64,000 nucleotides of DNA from Candidatus Sumerlaeaceae bacterium. Lineage in GTDB: Bacteria > Sumerlaeota > Sumerlaeia > Sumerlaeales > Sumerlaeaceae. Positions within the stretch are counted from its first letter, which is position 1. Every line of letters starts with the position of its first letter. Under the pieces are notes generated by a model. The model worked only from the letters and a program-made list of their open reading frames with translations. It did not search any database and was not told the DNA's origin. Of the stretch, positions 29,637-38,102 are shown one piece after another. The stretch lies in NCBI GenBank assembly GCA_049968255.1, contig JBMFRB010000004.1:160001-224000 (forward strand), in the 5' to 3' direction. The translations under genes were made by a program, and so were the position numbers.

Positions 29637-30451
29637 TCGTACAAAGCCCAATCTTCCTCGCGAACAGTTGCCACAGGGGTCGAATGGATTGCGGCCACTG
29701 CATCCAGGTCAAATCCTGCCGTTGGCGGCGCATTCATCGCATTTCCCGGATCATTGACGATATGACCATGGCTATCCATCGTGGGCGCAATATTCGTGGT
29801 GCCAGTGTCAGTAATCTTGACGTATTTCGCGTAGCTCAGTCCCACAGCCGCGAGATCAAAAGAGTCCCCGCCACTGACGTGAGGATCGAAGGGCGAGATT
29901 CCGTTTGTCGGCGAACTAAAAACTGGCGTCACGCCAGCAAGTCCATGATAGCGCCATTTTTCATAGAGCCCCGCTGTAGTTCCAGGATCATCGAACTCGA
30001 AAGGAAATGTGAACCACGTGAGGCTGTCCGTGCTCACCGCAACGGTGGCTGTTTCGCAAAATACAAAATCCGGATAGCCGATGGGTTGAAATGGATTCTC
30101 AAACACGGTGAAATCGGAGCCAGGCCCATCCACGATCACGTGGCTTGTAAATTCGAGAACGATGGAGCCACCCACTCCCAGCGAGAGAAGTTCCGTTTCG
30201 TCTGCGTTGGGCAGCTCTGGGTTGCTATTGCCGTGCGGTGGACCGAGGACATTGTGCGGCAGATACGATTGCCCGAACCCGGCTCCAAATCCTGGTGTAA
30301 ATGATAAAACGCCGTCAGGGAAACACTGGGCAGCAGCTAGGCCACAGTCAAAGTTTAGACCTGACGCAAGGCAAAAAACGATTCCGGAATTTGCGGCGAC
30401 GTTTCGCAAAAAACGCACAACGCCGTTCCCGCACTCAATTCGATGCGTCAT
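29633..30451 (-). CDS. Secreted cell-surface protein, probable cobalamin-binding, with C-terminal DWALYE motif
   Basis: Atypical N-terminal leader ending AAAQ. LGPP.G, LSLG.GGSI.L.F, DGPG.DF.VFENPF and GFDLDAV motifs. First gene behind a B12 riboswitch, with a GGAGGA RBS. Confidence 0.7.
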   Translation of the reverse strand: MTHRIECGNGVVRFLRNVAANSGIVFCLASGLNFDCGLAAAQCFPDGVLSFTPGFGAGFGQSYLPHNVLGPPHGNSNPELPNADETELLSLGVGGSIVLEFTSHVIVDGPGSDFTVFENPFQPIGYPDFVFCETATVAVSTDSLTWFTFPFEFDDPGTTAGLYEKWRYHGLAGVTPVFSSPTNGISPFDPHVSGGDSFDLAAVGLSYAKYVKITDTGTTNIAPTMDSHGHIVNDPGNAMNAPPTAGFDLDAVAAIHSTPVATVREEDWALYE

Positions 30452-30501
30452 CCTAAGTCCTCCACTTCTCTCTCAGCGAAGAAGTTTTTTTTCGGAGGGG
30501 T

Positions 30502-30673
30502 CCGGCGGCACCGTCTTCTGACTGACAGATCACCCTACTTTCCGCGCCTTCCCAGGGGAGCAATGCCCCAGTGGCCTAGATGCGGATTTCGTCCCTGATC
30601 ACAGCGGCGTGCCCGTGAGGGATTTGCACCCTCTTCCGACAGATGCCCCCGATAGGCATCACTATGCCGTCGG
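30502..30673 (-). ncRNA. Cobalamin (AdoCbl/B12) riboswitch
   Basis: Minus strand reads CGGCAT...CGGAAGAGGGTGCAAATCCCTC...CGCCGCTGTGA...GCCACTGGGG..CCCCTGGGAAGGC...AGTCAGAAGAC-GGTGCCG. All conserved blocks are in order, including the B12 box and the P1 pairing CGGCAT/GTGCCG. Confidence 0.92.
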
Positions 30674-30686
30674 CTTCCGACATCGC

Positions 30687-30695
30687 ACAATACCA
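30687..30695 (-). promoter_or_regulatory. Possible extended -10 promoter (TGgTATTGT) for the riboswitch transcript
   Basis: Would place the TSS near 30680, just 5' of P1. No well-spaced -35. Confidence 0.35.
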
Positions 30696-30852
30696 TAGCC
30701 CATGCCCGACAATTCAGAGGAAGAAGAAGCACCCGAAAATGTGCAGAAAAGACTTTCGCTCATTCTTGAGTTGACATGGCTCGTCCGGGTTCTTTGTAAG
30801 AAGAAAGAGAACGTAAAAGTGCAGCCTTCTGAAGGCTGAAGGACGTGTGGCG

Positions 30853-31383
30853 ATGCTCCGGATAAAAGTGACGTTAGCGGCGCTCATCGTGGCAGTGGTA
30901 GGCTTGTGCACAGCATCGGCAAGCGATTTTTCGATAAGCGGGCGGCCTCGATGGCTCAAAGTGAAAAGCGAACAAGAGCCAGTCGTTGTGCGCGACTTGG
31001 GCACGCATCGCGAGCTAGGCCAGCTCGCGAAGGGCGATCTGATCCTTGCTTTTGGTTCCACCGAGAAATGGGTGACTTTCTCCTACCGCGGCCGCATCAG
31101 TTACATCCCTGCATCTGCGGCTGAAGATGCCTATCCCGTCGAGAAAGGCGAGCCAGTCTGGCGCGGCTTTGGCCCCACACTCGAAGAGCGAGTAAAACAG
31201 ACGCAAAAGGAATTGCTAGCGCTTGCTGACGATCAAGACCGCCTGCTCGATCCCGACTTGAAGAAACCCACTCCCGCCCAGCAACAGGCCGCGTTGCAGG
31301 GAGGGCAGCCGCTGTCGGGAATGCAGAACGCCGTGCGCGAGGGACTCACTCCTCAGCGTGGTCGTGGACATGGGTACTATTAG
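30853..31383 (+). CDS. Secreted SH3-like domain protein
   Basis: Signal peptide ending ASA. LGQL.KGD.I...KWV.F.Y.GR..YI SH3b-like pattern. Confidence 0.6.
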   Translation: MLRIKVTLAALIVAVVGLCTASASDFSISGRPRWLKVKSEQEPVVVRDLGTHRELGQLAKGDLILAFGSTEKWVTFSYRGRISYIPASAAEDAYPVEKGEPVWRGFGPTLEERVKQTQKELLALADDQDRLLDPDLKKPTPAQQQAALQGGQPLSGMQNAVREGLTPQRGRGHGYY

Positions 31384-31439
31384 GCCTTTGCTCGCACAAG
31401 CCCGTCTTGCCAACGGACATGACGAAACACGAGGAAAGT

Positions 31440-32813
31440 TCACGAGTCTGTTTCGCGTCCCAAAAGCGCTGCATACTCGGGCGATGCTTGGGCTGCGCGG
31501 CGAATACTAGGTAACTGTAGCCCAAAGGTGAGGGCCGTAACGAGCGTGAGAACACCTGTGAGCATGAGAGCGACATCAGTGCCATAATGTCGGGCTTCTG
31601 CCCCCACAAGGAGACTTCCAAAGGGCATCAGGCCAATCGTCATCATCGTGTAGTAACTCATCACCCGACCGCGAAAATCCTCAGAAACAAGGGCCTGAAC
31701 CAGCACCTGACAACTGATCATTGCATTGACCATGAAGTAGCCGGCCGCAAGAAACCCCAGACACGTGAACAGTGTGTTGCGCTGGAAGCCCAAGAGAAAC
31801 ACGACGACAGAGAAGCCTACGAGCGAGCGAACGATGACTTTTCCAAGGCCGCGCACTCGCTTCCGCCGAGCTTGGCCGATTCCCCCCCATATCGCGCCAA
31901 TACCGACACTGGTCATGAGCCACCCCAGAGTGGTCGCGTTACCTCCAAGCAGATCCTTGGCCACGGCTGGAATAATGACGAGGTAGGGTAGTGCAGCAAA
32001 AGAGATGATGCCAGCGGTGAGAATCAATTTGACGAGGTGCGGACGAACCAGAAGGTAATCTACTCCACCAGCGATCGAGCTCTCCACACTCCCGTTATTC
32101 CGCAATTGCGGAAATAACCAACGATCCATTCGCGCTAACTGAACGATGACAGCGAGAAATGAAAGCGCATTGAGCAAAAAGCACATCCCTTCGCCAAACG
32201 ACTGATGCGACGGCCACACTCGCTGAAAAAGTGCAATTGCGATACCCGCCAGGCTTGGTCCGATGACCCGAGCAGCATTGAAAGTGAGGGAATTAAGGGC
32301 AATGGCATTGTTGAGGTCCTCTTTCGGAACGAGCTGCACAATAAACGCCTGGCGCGTAGGCATGTCAAAAGCCTGCACAATGCCCGCACACGCTGATAAA
32401 AGTAAGACGTGCCAAATTTGCACCAATGGCGCGCCATCCTTGCCAGGCAGGAGCGTAAGAGCTGCCAGTGCAAATGCCTGAAACATAAGCAGAATTTGCG
32501 TTACAATGACTGTCCGGTGGCGGTCGAATAGGTCCGCCACAAGTCCTCCAACAATGCCCAAGGCGAGAACCGGCACCTGGGAAGCAAAGCCATTGAGCCC
32601 GAGCAAAAACGGATCCGAGGTGAGCTTGTAAATCAACCAGCCTTGCGCCGTGCTCTGCATCCATGTGCCGATCAGCGAGATTGCCTGCCCACTGACAAAC
32701 AAGCGAAAGTTGCGATGATGAAGTGCCCTTACCGTGTGGAAAAGCGCATCGGTCAATTTCGCTAACACAGCGCGCCAACGTGGGAGCAAAGCCTCTAAAT
32801 CACTCAAGTCCAT
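31440..32813 (-). CDS. MFS transporter (MFS_3/EntS-like)
   Basis: RNFRLF..GQ.ISLIGTWMQ, FD.P.RQAF and RGRVMS motifs. Confidence 0.9.
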   Translation of the reverse strand: MDLSDLEALLPRWRAVLAKLTDALFHTVRALHHRNFRLFVSGQAISLIGTWMQSTAQGWLIYKLTSDPFLLGLNGFASQVPVLALGIVGGLVADLFDRHRTVIVTQILLMFQAFALAALTLLPGKDGAPLVQIWHVLLLSACAGIVQAFDMPTRQAFIVQLVPKEDLNNAIALNSLTFNAARVIGPSLAGIAIALFQRVWPSHQSFGEGMCFLLNALSFLAVIVQLARMDRWLFPQLRNNGSVESSIAGGVDYLLVRPHLVKLILTAGIISFAALPYLVIIPAVAKDLLGGNATTLGWLMTSVGIGAIWGGIGQARRKRVRGLGKVIVRSLVGFSVVVFLLGFQRNTLFTCLGFLAAGYFMVNAMISCQVLVQALVSEDFRGRVMSYYTMMTIGLMPFGSLLVGAEARHYGTDVALMLTGVLTLVTALTFGLQLPSIRRAAQASPEYAALLGRETDS

Positions 32814-34167
32814 ACTCAGCCATTTTTCGGTAGAGCGTCTTTCGTCCCACTCCCAGTTGTCGAGCTGTCTTGGCGCGATTACCGTGATTATAAGCGAGCG
32901 CGGCTTGAATCAACAGACGTTTAGCTTCTTCAATCGAGGCCGTCACTGGAACCCTGATGTAGTTCTCTCTGCCTTCCTGCGAATGTATCTCGGGGGGCAG
33001 ATGCTTCAATGTAATCTCCCCACTCGACATGACGAAAGCCCCCTCGAGAACGTTGCGAAGCTGCCGCACATTGCCAGGCCAGTGATAATTCTGAAGTGCC
33101 GTGATCACGGCCGGATGCACTCGCGGCTTTGGTTTGCCGTAAAACCGCGAGAACTCTTCGAGGAAATACTCAATGAGCAGAGGGATGTCCTCTGGGCGTT
33201 CCCGAAGTGGCGGGAGATCAATCTCCACTACTTTCAGCCGATAGTAGAGGTCCTCGCGAAATTTCCCTTCTTTCACAAGCTGGTCGAGGCGCTTATTCGT
33301 TGCCGCAATAATTCGCACGTCTACCTTGATTGTTTGCGAGCCCCCTACGCGCTCAAATTCTCCTTCCTGCAGGACACGGAGGAGTTTCACCTGAAATTCC
33401 GGAGCCGTCTCGCTGATCTCGTCCAGGAACAGAGTTCCACCATCAGCCAGTTCAAAGCGCCCCCGCCGTGTCGCAACGGCACCCGTGAACGCACCCTTCT
33501 CGTGCCCAAACAATTCGCTTTCAAGCAATGTCAGGGGTAGGGCACCGCAGTTCACTTTTATAAAGGGCTTATTGCGCCGAGGGGAGTTCTGGTGGATTGC
33601 GTTAGCGACAAGCTCCTTCCCGGTTCCGCTTTCGCCGTAAATAAGAACACTTGCGCGCGTCGGAGCGACCATTTTAATTTTCTCAAAAACTTCCTGCATG
33701 GCCGCCGATCGGCCGACTATGTTCTCAAATCCAAAGGTGTTTTCAATCCGTTCGCGTAGTTCAACGTTTTCGCGTTCGATCTTCTGCTCGCGCCGCACCC
33801 GGTCTACGCGCAAGATCAGCTCATCGATGTTCACAGGCTTTACAAGGTAATCCACGGCGCCGTCTCTCATTGCTTCCACCGCGTTTTCAATCGAGCCGTG
33901 CCCCGTGAGTATAATCACTGGTATTTCCGGCATCTCGTGCCGGGTTCGCTTCAACAGCTCCATTCCGTCCAGCTCAGGCATGCGTAGGTCGGTGATCACA
34001 AGGTCCACGGGATGTTGACGCAGTAGCTCCAGCGCTTCGAGGCCATTCGCGGCTGTTAGCACCGACACATCCGACGTTTCCAATGCCCAGCGAAGCCCCT
34101 CGCGCGTGTTTTTCTCGTCGTCAACCACGAGAACGGTGAACGCGTTAGCTCTTTTTTTATCCTTCAA
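32800..34167 (-). CDS. Sigma-54-dependent response regulator (NtrC/AtoC family)
   Basis: REC domain (VVDD, TDLRMP, KP), GESGTGKE, GAFTGA, FLDE and a C-terminal HTH. Confidence 0.95.
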   Translation of the reverse strand: MKDKKRANAFTVLVVDDEKNTREGLRWALETSDVSVLTAANGLEALELLRQHPVDLVITDLRMPELDGMELLKRTRHEMPEIPVIILTGHGSIENAVEAMRDGAVDYLVKPVNIDELILRVDRVRREQKIERENVELRERIENTFGFENIVGRSAAMQEVFEKIKMVAPTRASVLIYGESGTGKELVANAIHQNSPRRNKPFIKVNCGALPLTLLESELFGHEKGAFTGAVATRRGRFELADGGTLFLDEISETAPEFQVKLLRVLQEGEFERVGGSQTIKVDVRIIAATNKRLDQLVKEGKFREDLYYRLKVVEIDLPPLRERPEDIPLLIEYFLEEFSRFYGKPKPRVHPAVITALQNYHWPGNVRQLRNVLEGAFVMSSGEITLKHLPPEIHSQEGRENYIRVPVTASIEEAKRLLIQAALAYNHGNRAKTARQLGVGRKTLYRKMAEYGLE

Positions 34168-34220
34168 TGCTATCCTCTTATTTTGCTATTAAGACAATCT
34201 AAATCTCGTTTCACCGACGC

Positions 34221-36587
34221 TTATTCCCTTCCGAATTCAAACAAGGTGGTGCGGAGTTTCTTGGCGTCTTTCGCCGGCGGCGCACAAGCCTCTGCTGTGC
34301 AGACATATCCCACAGCTTTACCGTCTTTCGAAGGCAGGTAGTCAGTCTTTGCCGCTGCCTCTGGTGCAAGAACCTCCACACATTTACCTACACGGAAAGT
34401 CCCAAGTGCTGTGCGCCACAGTTCAAGCGTGTCTTTTTGTCCGATTGCCCCAACAATGATTGCCTTTGGCGGGCCGAAAGCGACTGTGAGCAAAGACCGG
34501 CCATAAGAAGACAGTTTCTCATCCCACCACTCGCCTTGGCGGTAGACTAACCCTACGCACTCGGTGCTTCGTGCCATGAACTTGTTTTGACCGGTGAGCC
34601 GGTATAACTGAAACCAAACCCGGGCGGCCGTTGCGTTCGGAGAATCAATCAGTGCGTCCTGAACCGGGATAAGTGGTAAGTGCCACAGCTCGGCCGCAGT
34701 ACCCTGCTCGCCATCGTAATAAATAGCTCTGCCACTGGCAGCATATTGAGCGTGGACACGCTCCATCAACTCCTCGGCAGCCTGAATCAGGGCATGATTG
34801 CCACTGATCTCTGCACAGTCCAGCAGTGCCTCAGCCATTGCAACCTGATCCTCCAACAAAACCCATGAGCGGTCCGGAGTTTGACCGCGTCCTAAGTAAT
34901 GCACGATTCCGGTGTTAGTCGTCGCCTGATCCAAAAGCTCGCTCACTGTTTTTATCGCAAAATCGCGCCCCTGCTTGTCCCCTAAATAACGCCAGGCGTC
35001 GGCGTATGCGCAAACCATGGATGCGTTCCACGAAACAACACGCGCTTTATTGACGAGGGGGAAATCGTCGCGTTCATATCGTTTGGCGCGGAGAAATTGC
35101 GTGGCACTTGTGAGCGCTTTCTGTGCCGTTGCCGCTTTGATATTGAGCGCTGTTGCAACCTCAGAGAGCGCCTGGCTACGGCGAAGCATGCGCTTTTCCG
35201 TCCGATTGCCACTGTCAAGCCCGTAGAGCCGTAAAACAACCTCTCGCTCCAATGGTTTATCCAGTGCTTCCATGATCTCCGCCGCCGACCATGTAAAGTA
35301 TGCTTCGGGCGCATGCGGATTGGCGTCCGGCTGCTGGCTAGAATAGAAACCCCCATGCTGATCTTCGAATGTGTCGCGCATGAACGACAAAACATGCTCT
35401 GCTTCCTCCCGATAAGAGCTCTTGCCAGTTGCTGCATAGGCCCAGCAGTAGGCCCGCAACATTATCGCCTGATCAGGAAGGAGCTTACCATCGAGGGCAA
35501 ATCCAGACGCATCTAGTCGGTGGAAATAGCCTCCCAAGATCGGATCCTTGAGGGGGCTTGTCGCTAATGCATCCAGGATCTGCTCAGCCACGGCGAGCGA
35601 TACACTGCTACCGGTGTCGGAATAATGATGAAGAGCGAGCAACACCATCCGCCCCCACGGCGCTGTTTCGCGAAGAGCACCGTCCTTTTTCAAGTCAGCT
35701 CCCGCCCGGTGAATGATCTCCGCCGTACGGCGCGCCGCATCCTCCTTGTTTATTTCAGCGGTCGGAGAAGTTTGCAACAACTGCGCCCGTGCCTCGCTTA
35801 CGAGTTGCTCGAACCTTTTGGCCTGAGCTACAGCTCGATCTTTGCTTGAGCGATAAACCTGCTCCACGGCCTTTAGAAAATCCAACATTCCCGTTGCGCC
35901 GCTGGTTTCAGCACGCGCGGGCAGGTACGACGTTGCTTCGAAAGGCGCCCCGTCGGGTAAGGCGGCGATAACCAGCGAACCGCGAGCTGCGTCGCCACGC
36001 AAAATGGCATGAAACAACTCGTAGCGCTGTGCTACCTCAGGACGTTCGTCGACATCCACCTTCAAGGGCACAAAGTGTGTGTTGAGAAAGTCAGCAACCT
36101 GCGGGTCGTTAAAAGTCTCCTCATCAAGAGCTCGGCTTTCCAATGACCAACTTGCCCCTAGTGCTACAATCACGGGGCGGTCGAGTTGCCGTGCTGCCTC
36201 GAACGCCTCTTTTGCCCAGGGATGCCAATGCACCGGGGCGCTTGTGAGAGAGCGAAGATACGGGCTTGCTTCGTCTGCCAGGCAATTCTCGTCTCTATAT
36301 TGCACGACTGGCGTCGTTATCTTGGAGGCCGGGGATGCCTCTGGTACTGTGGTAAGTGCTTCCTCTGCTGGACTGGTTGTCTGGTCCTTTGCTTCAACAC
36401 CGGTGGTTTGTGGCTCAACTGCTAAAGTGCGCTGCTCGGAGGTGGGACTAGTGCCTTCCGAGGATTTTGCCAATGGTGTCTCAAGAGCCTCGGGAAATTC
36501 TTTTTTTGACTGCTGACATCCCAGTAAGAAGGCGGCTATGACACCGACCACCATGATTCCGCGCAGCAAGCTAAATGCTTTGCTCAT
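34221..36587 (-). CDS. YyaL/SPATA20 (DUF255) family lipoprotein, degenerate
   Basis: Lipobox LLGC, SPYL....PV.W.PW, KVD.DERP, GGFYSS and LEDQ. The CHWC motif is replaced by SLES. Confidence 0.8.
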   Translation of the reverse strand: MSKAFSLLRGIMVVGVIAAFLLGCQQSKKEFPEALETPLAKSSEGTSPTSEQRTLAVEPQTTGVEAKDQTTSPAEEALTTVPEASPASKITTPVVQYRDENCLADEASPYLRSLTSAPVHWHPWAKEAFEAARQLDRPVIVALGASWSLESRALDEETFNDPQVADFLNTHFVPLKVDVDERPEVAQRYELFHAILRGDAARGSLVIAALPDGAPFEATSYLPARAETSGATGMLDFLKAVEQVYRSSKDRAVAQAKRFEQLVSEARAQLLQTSPTAEINKEDAARRTAEIIHRAGADLKKDGALRETAPWGRMVLLALHHYSDTGSSVSLAVAEQILDALATSPLKDPILGGYFHRLDASGFALDGKLLPDQAIMLRAYCWAYAATGKSSYREEAEHVLSFMRDTFEDQHGGFYSSQQPDANPHAPEAYFTWSAAEIMEALDKPLEREVVLRLYGLDSGNRTEKRMLRRSQALSEVATALNIKAATAQKALTSATQFLRAKRYERDDFPLVNKARVVSWNASMVCAYADAWRYLGDKQGRDFAIKTVSELLDQATTNTGIVHYLGRGQTPDRSWVLLEDQVAMAEALLDCAEISGNHALIQAAEELMERVHAQYAASGRAIYYDGEQGTAAELWHLPLIPVQDALIDSPNATAARVWFQLYRLTGQNKFMARSTECVGLVYRQGEWWDEKLSSYGRSLLTVAFGPPKAIIVGAIGQKDTLELWRTALGTFRVGKCVEVLAPEAAAKTDYLPSKDGKAVGYVCTAEACAPPAKDAKKLRTTLFEFGRE

Positions 36588-36643
36588 CTCGCGATTCTCC
36601 TACGCAATCCATACGTTTTGGTGCTAGGCAGTTCCCGCCTCCC

Positions 36644-37711
36644 TCAAGAGAGCCCTTGCTGCTGATCCTTTGCGGGTGTAATATTCTCTTCGAGTCTCGC
36701 CCGAAGAAGCGCCGCAGCTTTCTCCGGCAACACAGGATTCACAGAGATCCCTGTTCCGTATTCGAAGCCATTGAGTTCTCGCAGGCGCGGGACAATCTCA
36801 ATGTGCCAATGGTAATAATCGGCGAGGGGCGTCTGGTGAGTATCAAACTGCTTCTCCAGCCGAACGGGACTCGTGTGAATAATAAGATTGTACGGCGAGT
36901 TTCGGAGCTCGATCGCCAATGCACGGGCACTGTGCTGGAGCGCTCGAGCTAACGTCACGATCTTCTCGTCTGGCAAGTCCTGAAACCGGCTTTGGTGCTC
37001 AATCGGTAAAATCCATGTCTCGAAAGGAATTCGCGCTGCAAAAGGTTCCAAAACCAAAAAATCCCCATTTCGAAAAACGATTCTCCCACCGCTCTCTGAT
37101 TCCTGGTTCACAATATCGCAAAAGACGCAACGCTCTTTCATTTGCCAATATTCAGCCGCGCGACCGATCTCTTCCCGTACGGCGCGCGGAATCACCGGCA
37201 ACGCGAAAACCAGCGAATGGGGATGAGCAAGACGTGCACCCGCCCGAATGCCATAATTCCTACACACTTGAATATAGCGAAAGCGCGGATCCTTGAGCAG
37301 GTCGCGCATACGTTCCCGGTACATCCAAATGATGTCACACAACTGTTGTTCATCGAACTCGGAAAACAGCGCATAGTGGTTGGGCGTCTCGACAATGATT
37401 TCGTGAGCCCCGATCCCATTCATCATATCGTAAAGCCCTTCACCCCGTCGCTCCAACTGCCCTTCAATTCTCAGCACAGCATTCTGATCAGGAATTGTGC
37501 GCACACGCCAGCCTGGGCCATTTGGTTTTGAGTCGGAGGGGCGAATTGCTGCGATCTCGGGCGGGGTTTGAAACTCGTGGCCTTCGCAGAAAGGACATGT
37601 CTCCGGTCCCTCACGGTTTTCGTCCTCGCAGGGCGAAATAGAAGAACGAAACTCCTCCTCGGGGTAGATAGTCCAGCCGTAGCTTGTAGGATCCCGTCGC
37701 AGAAGACTCAT
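36644..37711 (-). CDS. galT: Galactose-1-phosphate uridylyltransferase-like (HIT family)
   Basis: CPFC.G.E..TPPE, GAHEIIVETP.H, HPHS, CVFC, YHWHIEI.PR and GFE.G motifs. Confidence 0.8.
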   Translation of the reverse strand: MSLLRRDPTSYGWTIYPEEEFRSSISPCEDENREGPETCPFCEGHEFQTPPEIAAIRPSDSKPNGPGWRVRTIPDQNAVLRIEGQLERRGEGLYDMMNGIGAHEIIVETPNHYALFSEFDEQQLCDIIWMYRERMRDLLKDPRFRYIQVCRNYGIRAGARLAHPHSLVFALPVIPRAVREEIGRAAEYWQMKERCVFCDIVNQESESGGRIVFRNGDFLVLEPFAARIPFETWILPIEHQSRFQDLPDEKIVTLARALQHSARALAIELRNSPYNLIIHTSPVRLEKQFDTHQTPLADYYHWHIEIVPRLRELNGFEYGTGISVNPVLPEKAAALLRARLEENITPAKDQQQGLS

Positions 37712-37930
37712 CGATCGTCCCTTCCATCCGTTGTCGCGTTGTCATTGCTCTGGCTATTCCACCTGACCATTGCTCTGAGACGGTTTCAACGGTAGAATAA
37801 TCTATCGACCCAGCGGCCGGCATGGGCAAGAGAGATGTTTTCCAGCACAGATTGCCAAACGCAGGGTGATTAACCGGCACGCTTACCTGCTGTTGGCTGG
37901 CTGTGCCCCTTGCCGGATGGGCATAGCCCC

Positions 37931-37962
37931 AAAAAGAAAAGACCCCCGATTTTCGAGGGTCT
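37931..37962 (-). terminator. Rho-independent terminator downstream of the VIT-vWA gene
   Basis: Minus strand AGACCCTCGA-AAA-TCGGGGGTCT followed by TTTCTTTTT. Confidence 0.75.
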
Positions 37963-38102
37963 AATCTTGAGGTTAGGAGGTTATGGTAAACTGTCCGAGG
38001 ACAGCTGCTGGAACTCTTTTTCAATCTCTCCTGCCGGAGAGTGCTCTGGCCTGCTGCACTGTTTCAGACATCATATCCTCAAAAAAGGTTCCCAACGTTT
38101 TT

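Noticed and set aside
30535-31061. Minus-strand ORFs 30535-30732 and 30714-31061
   Set aside because: The first overlaps the riboswitch and the second is antisense to the SH3-like gene. Neither has coding features.
37611-38024. 137-aa minus-strand ORF upstream of galT
   Set aside because: It spans a terminator, overlaps galT out of frame and has no recognisable features.
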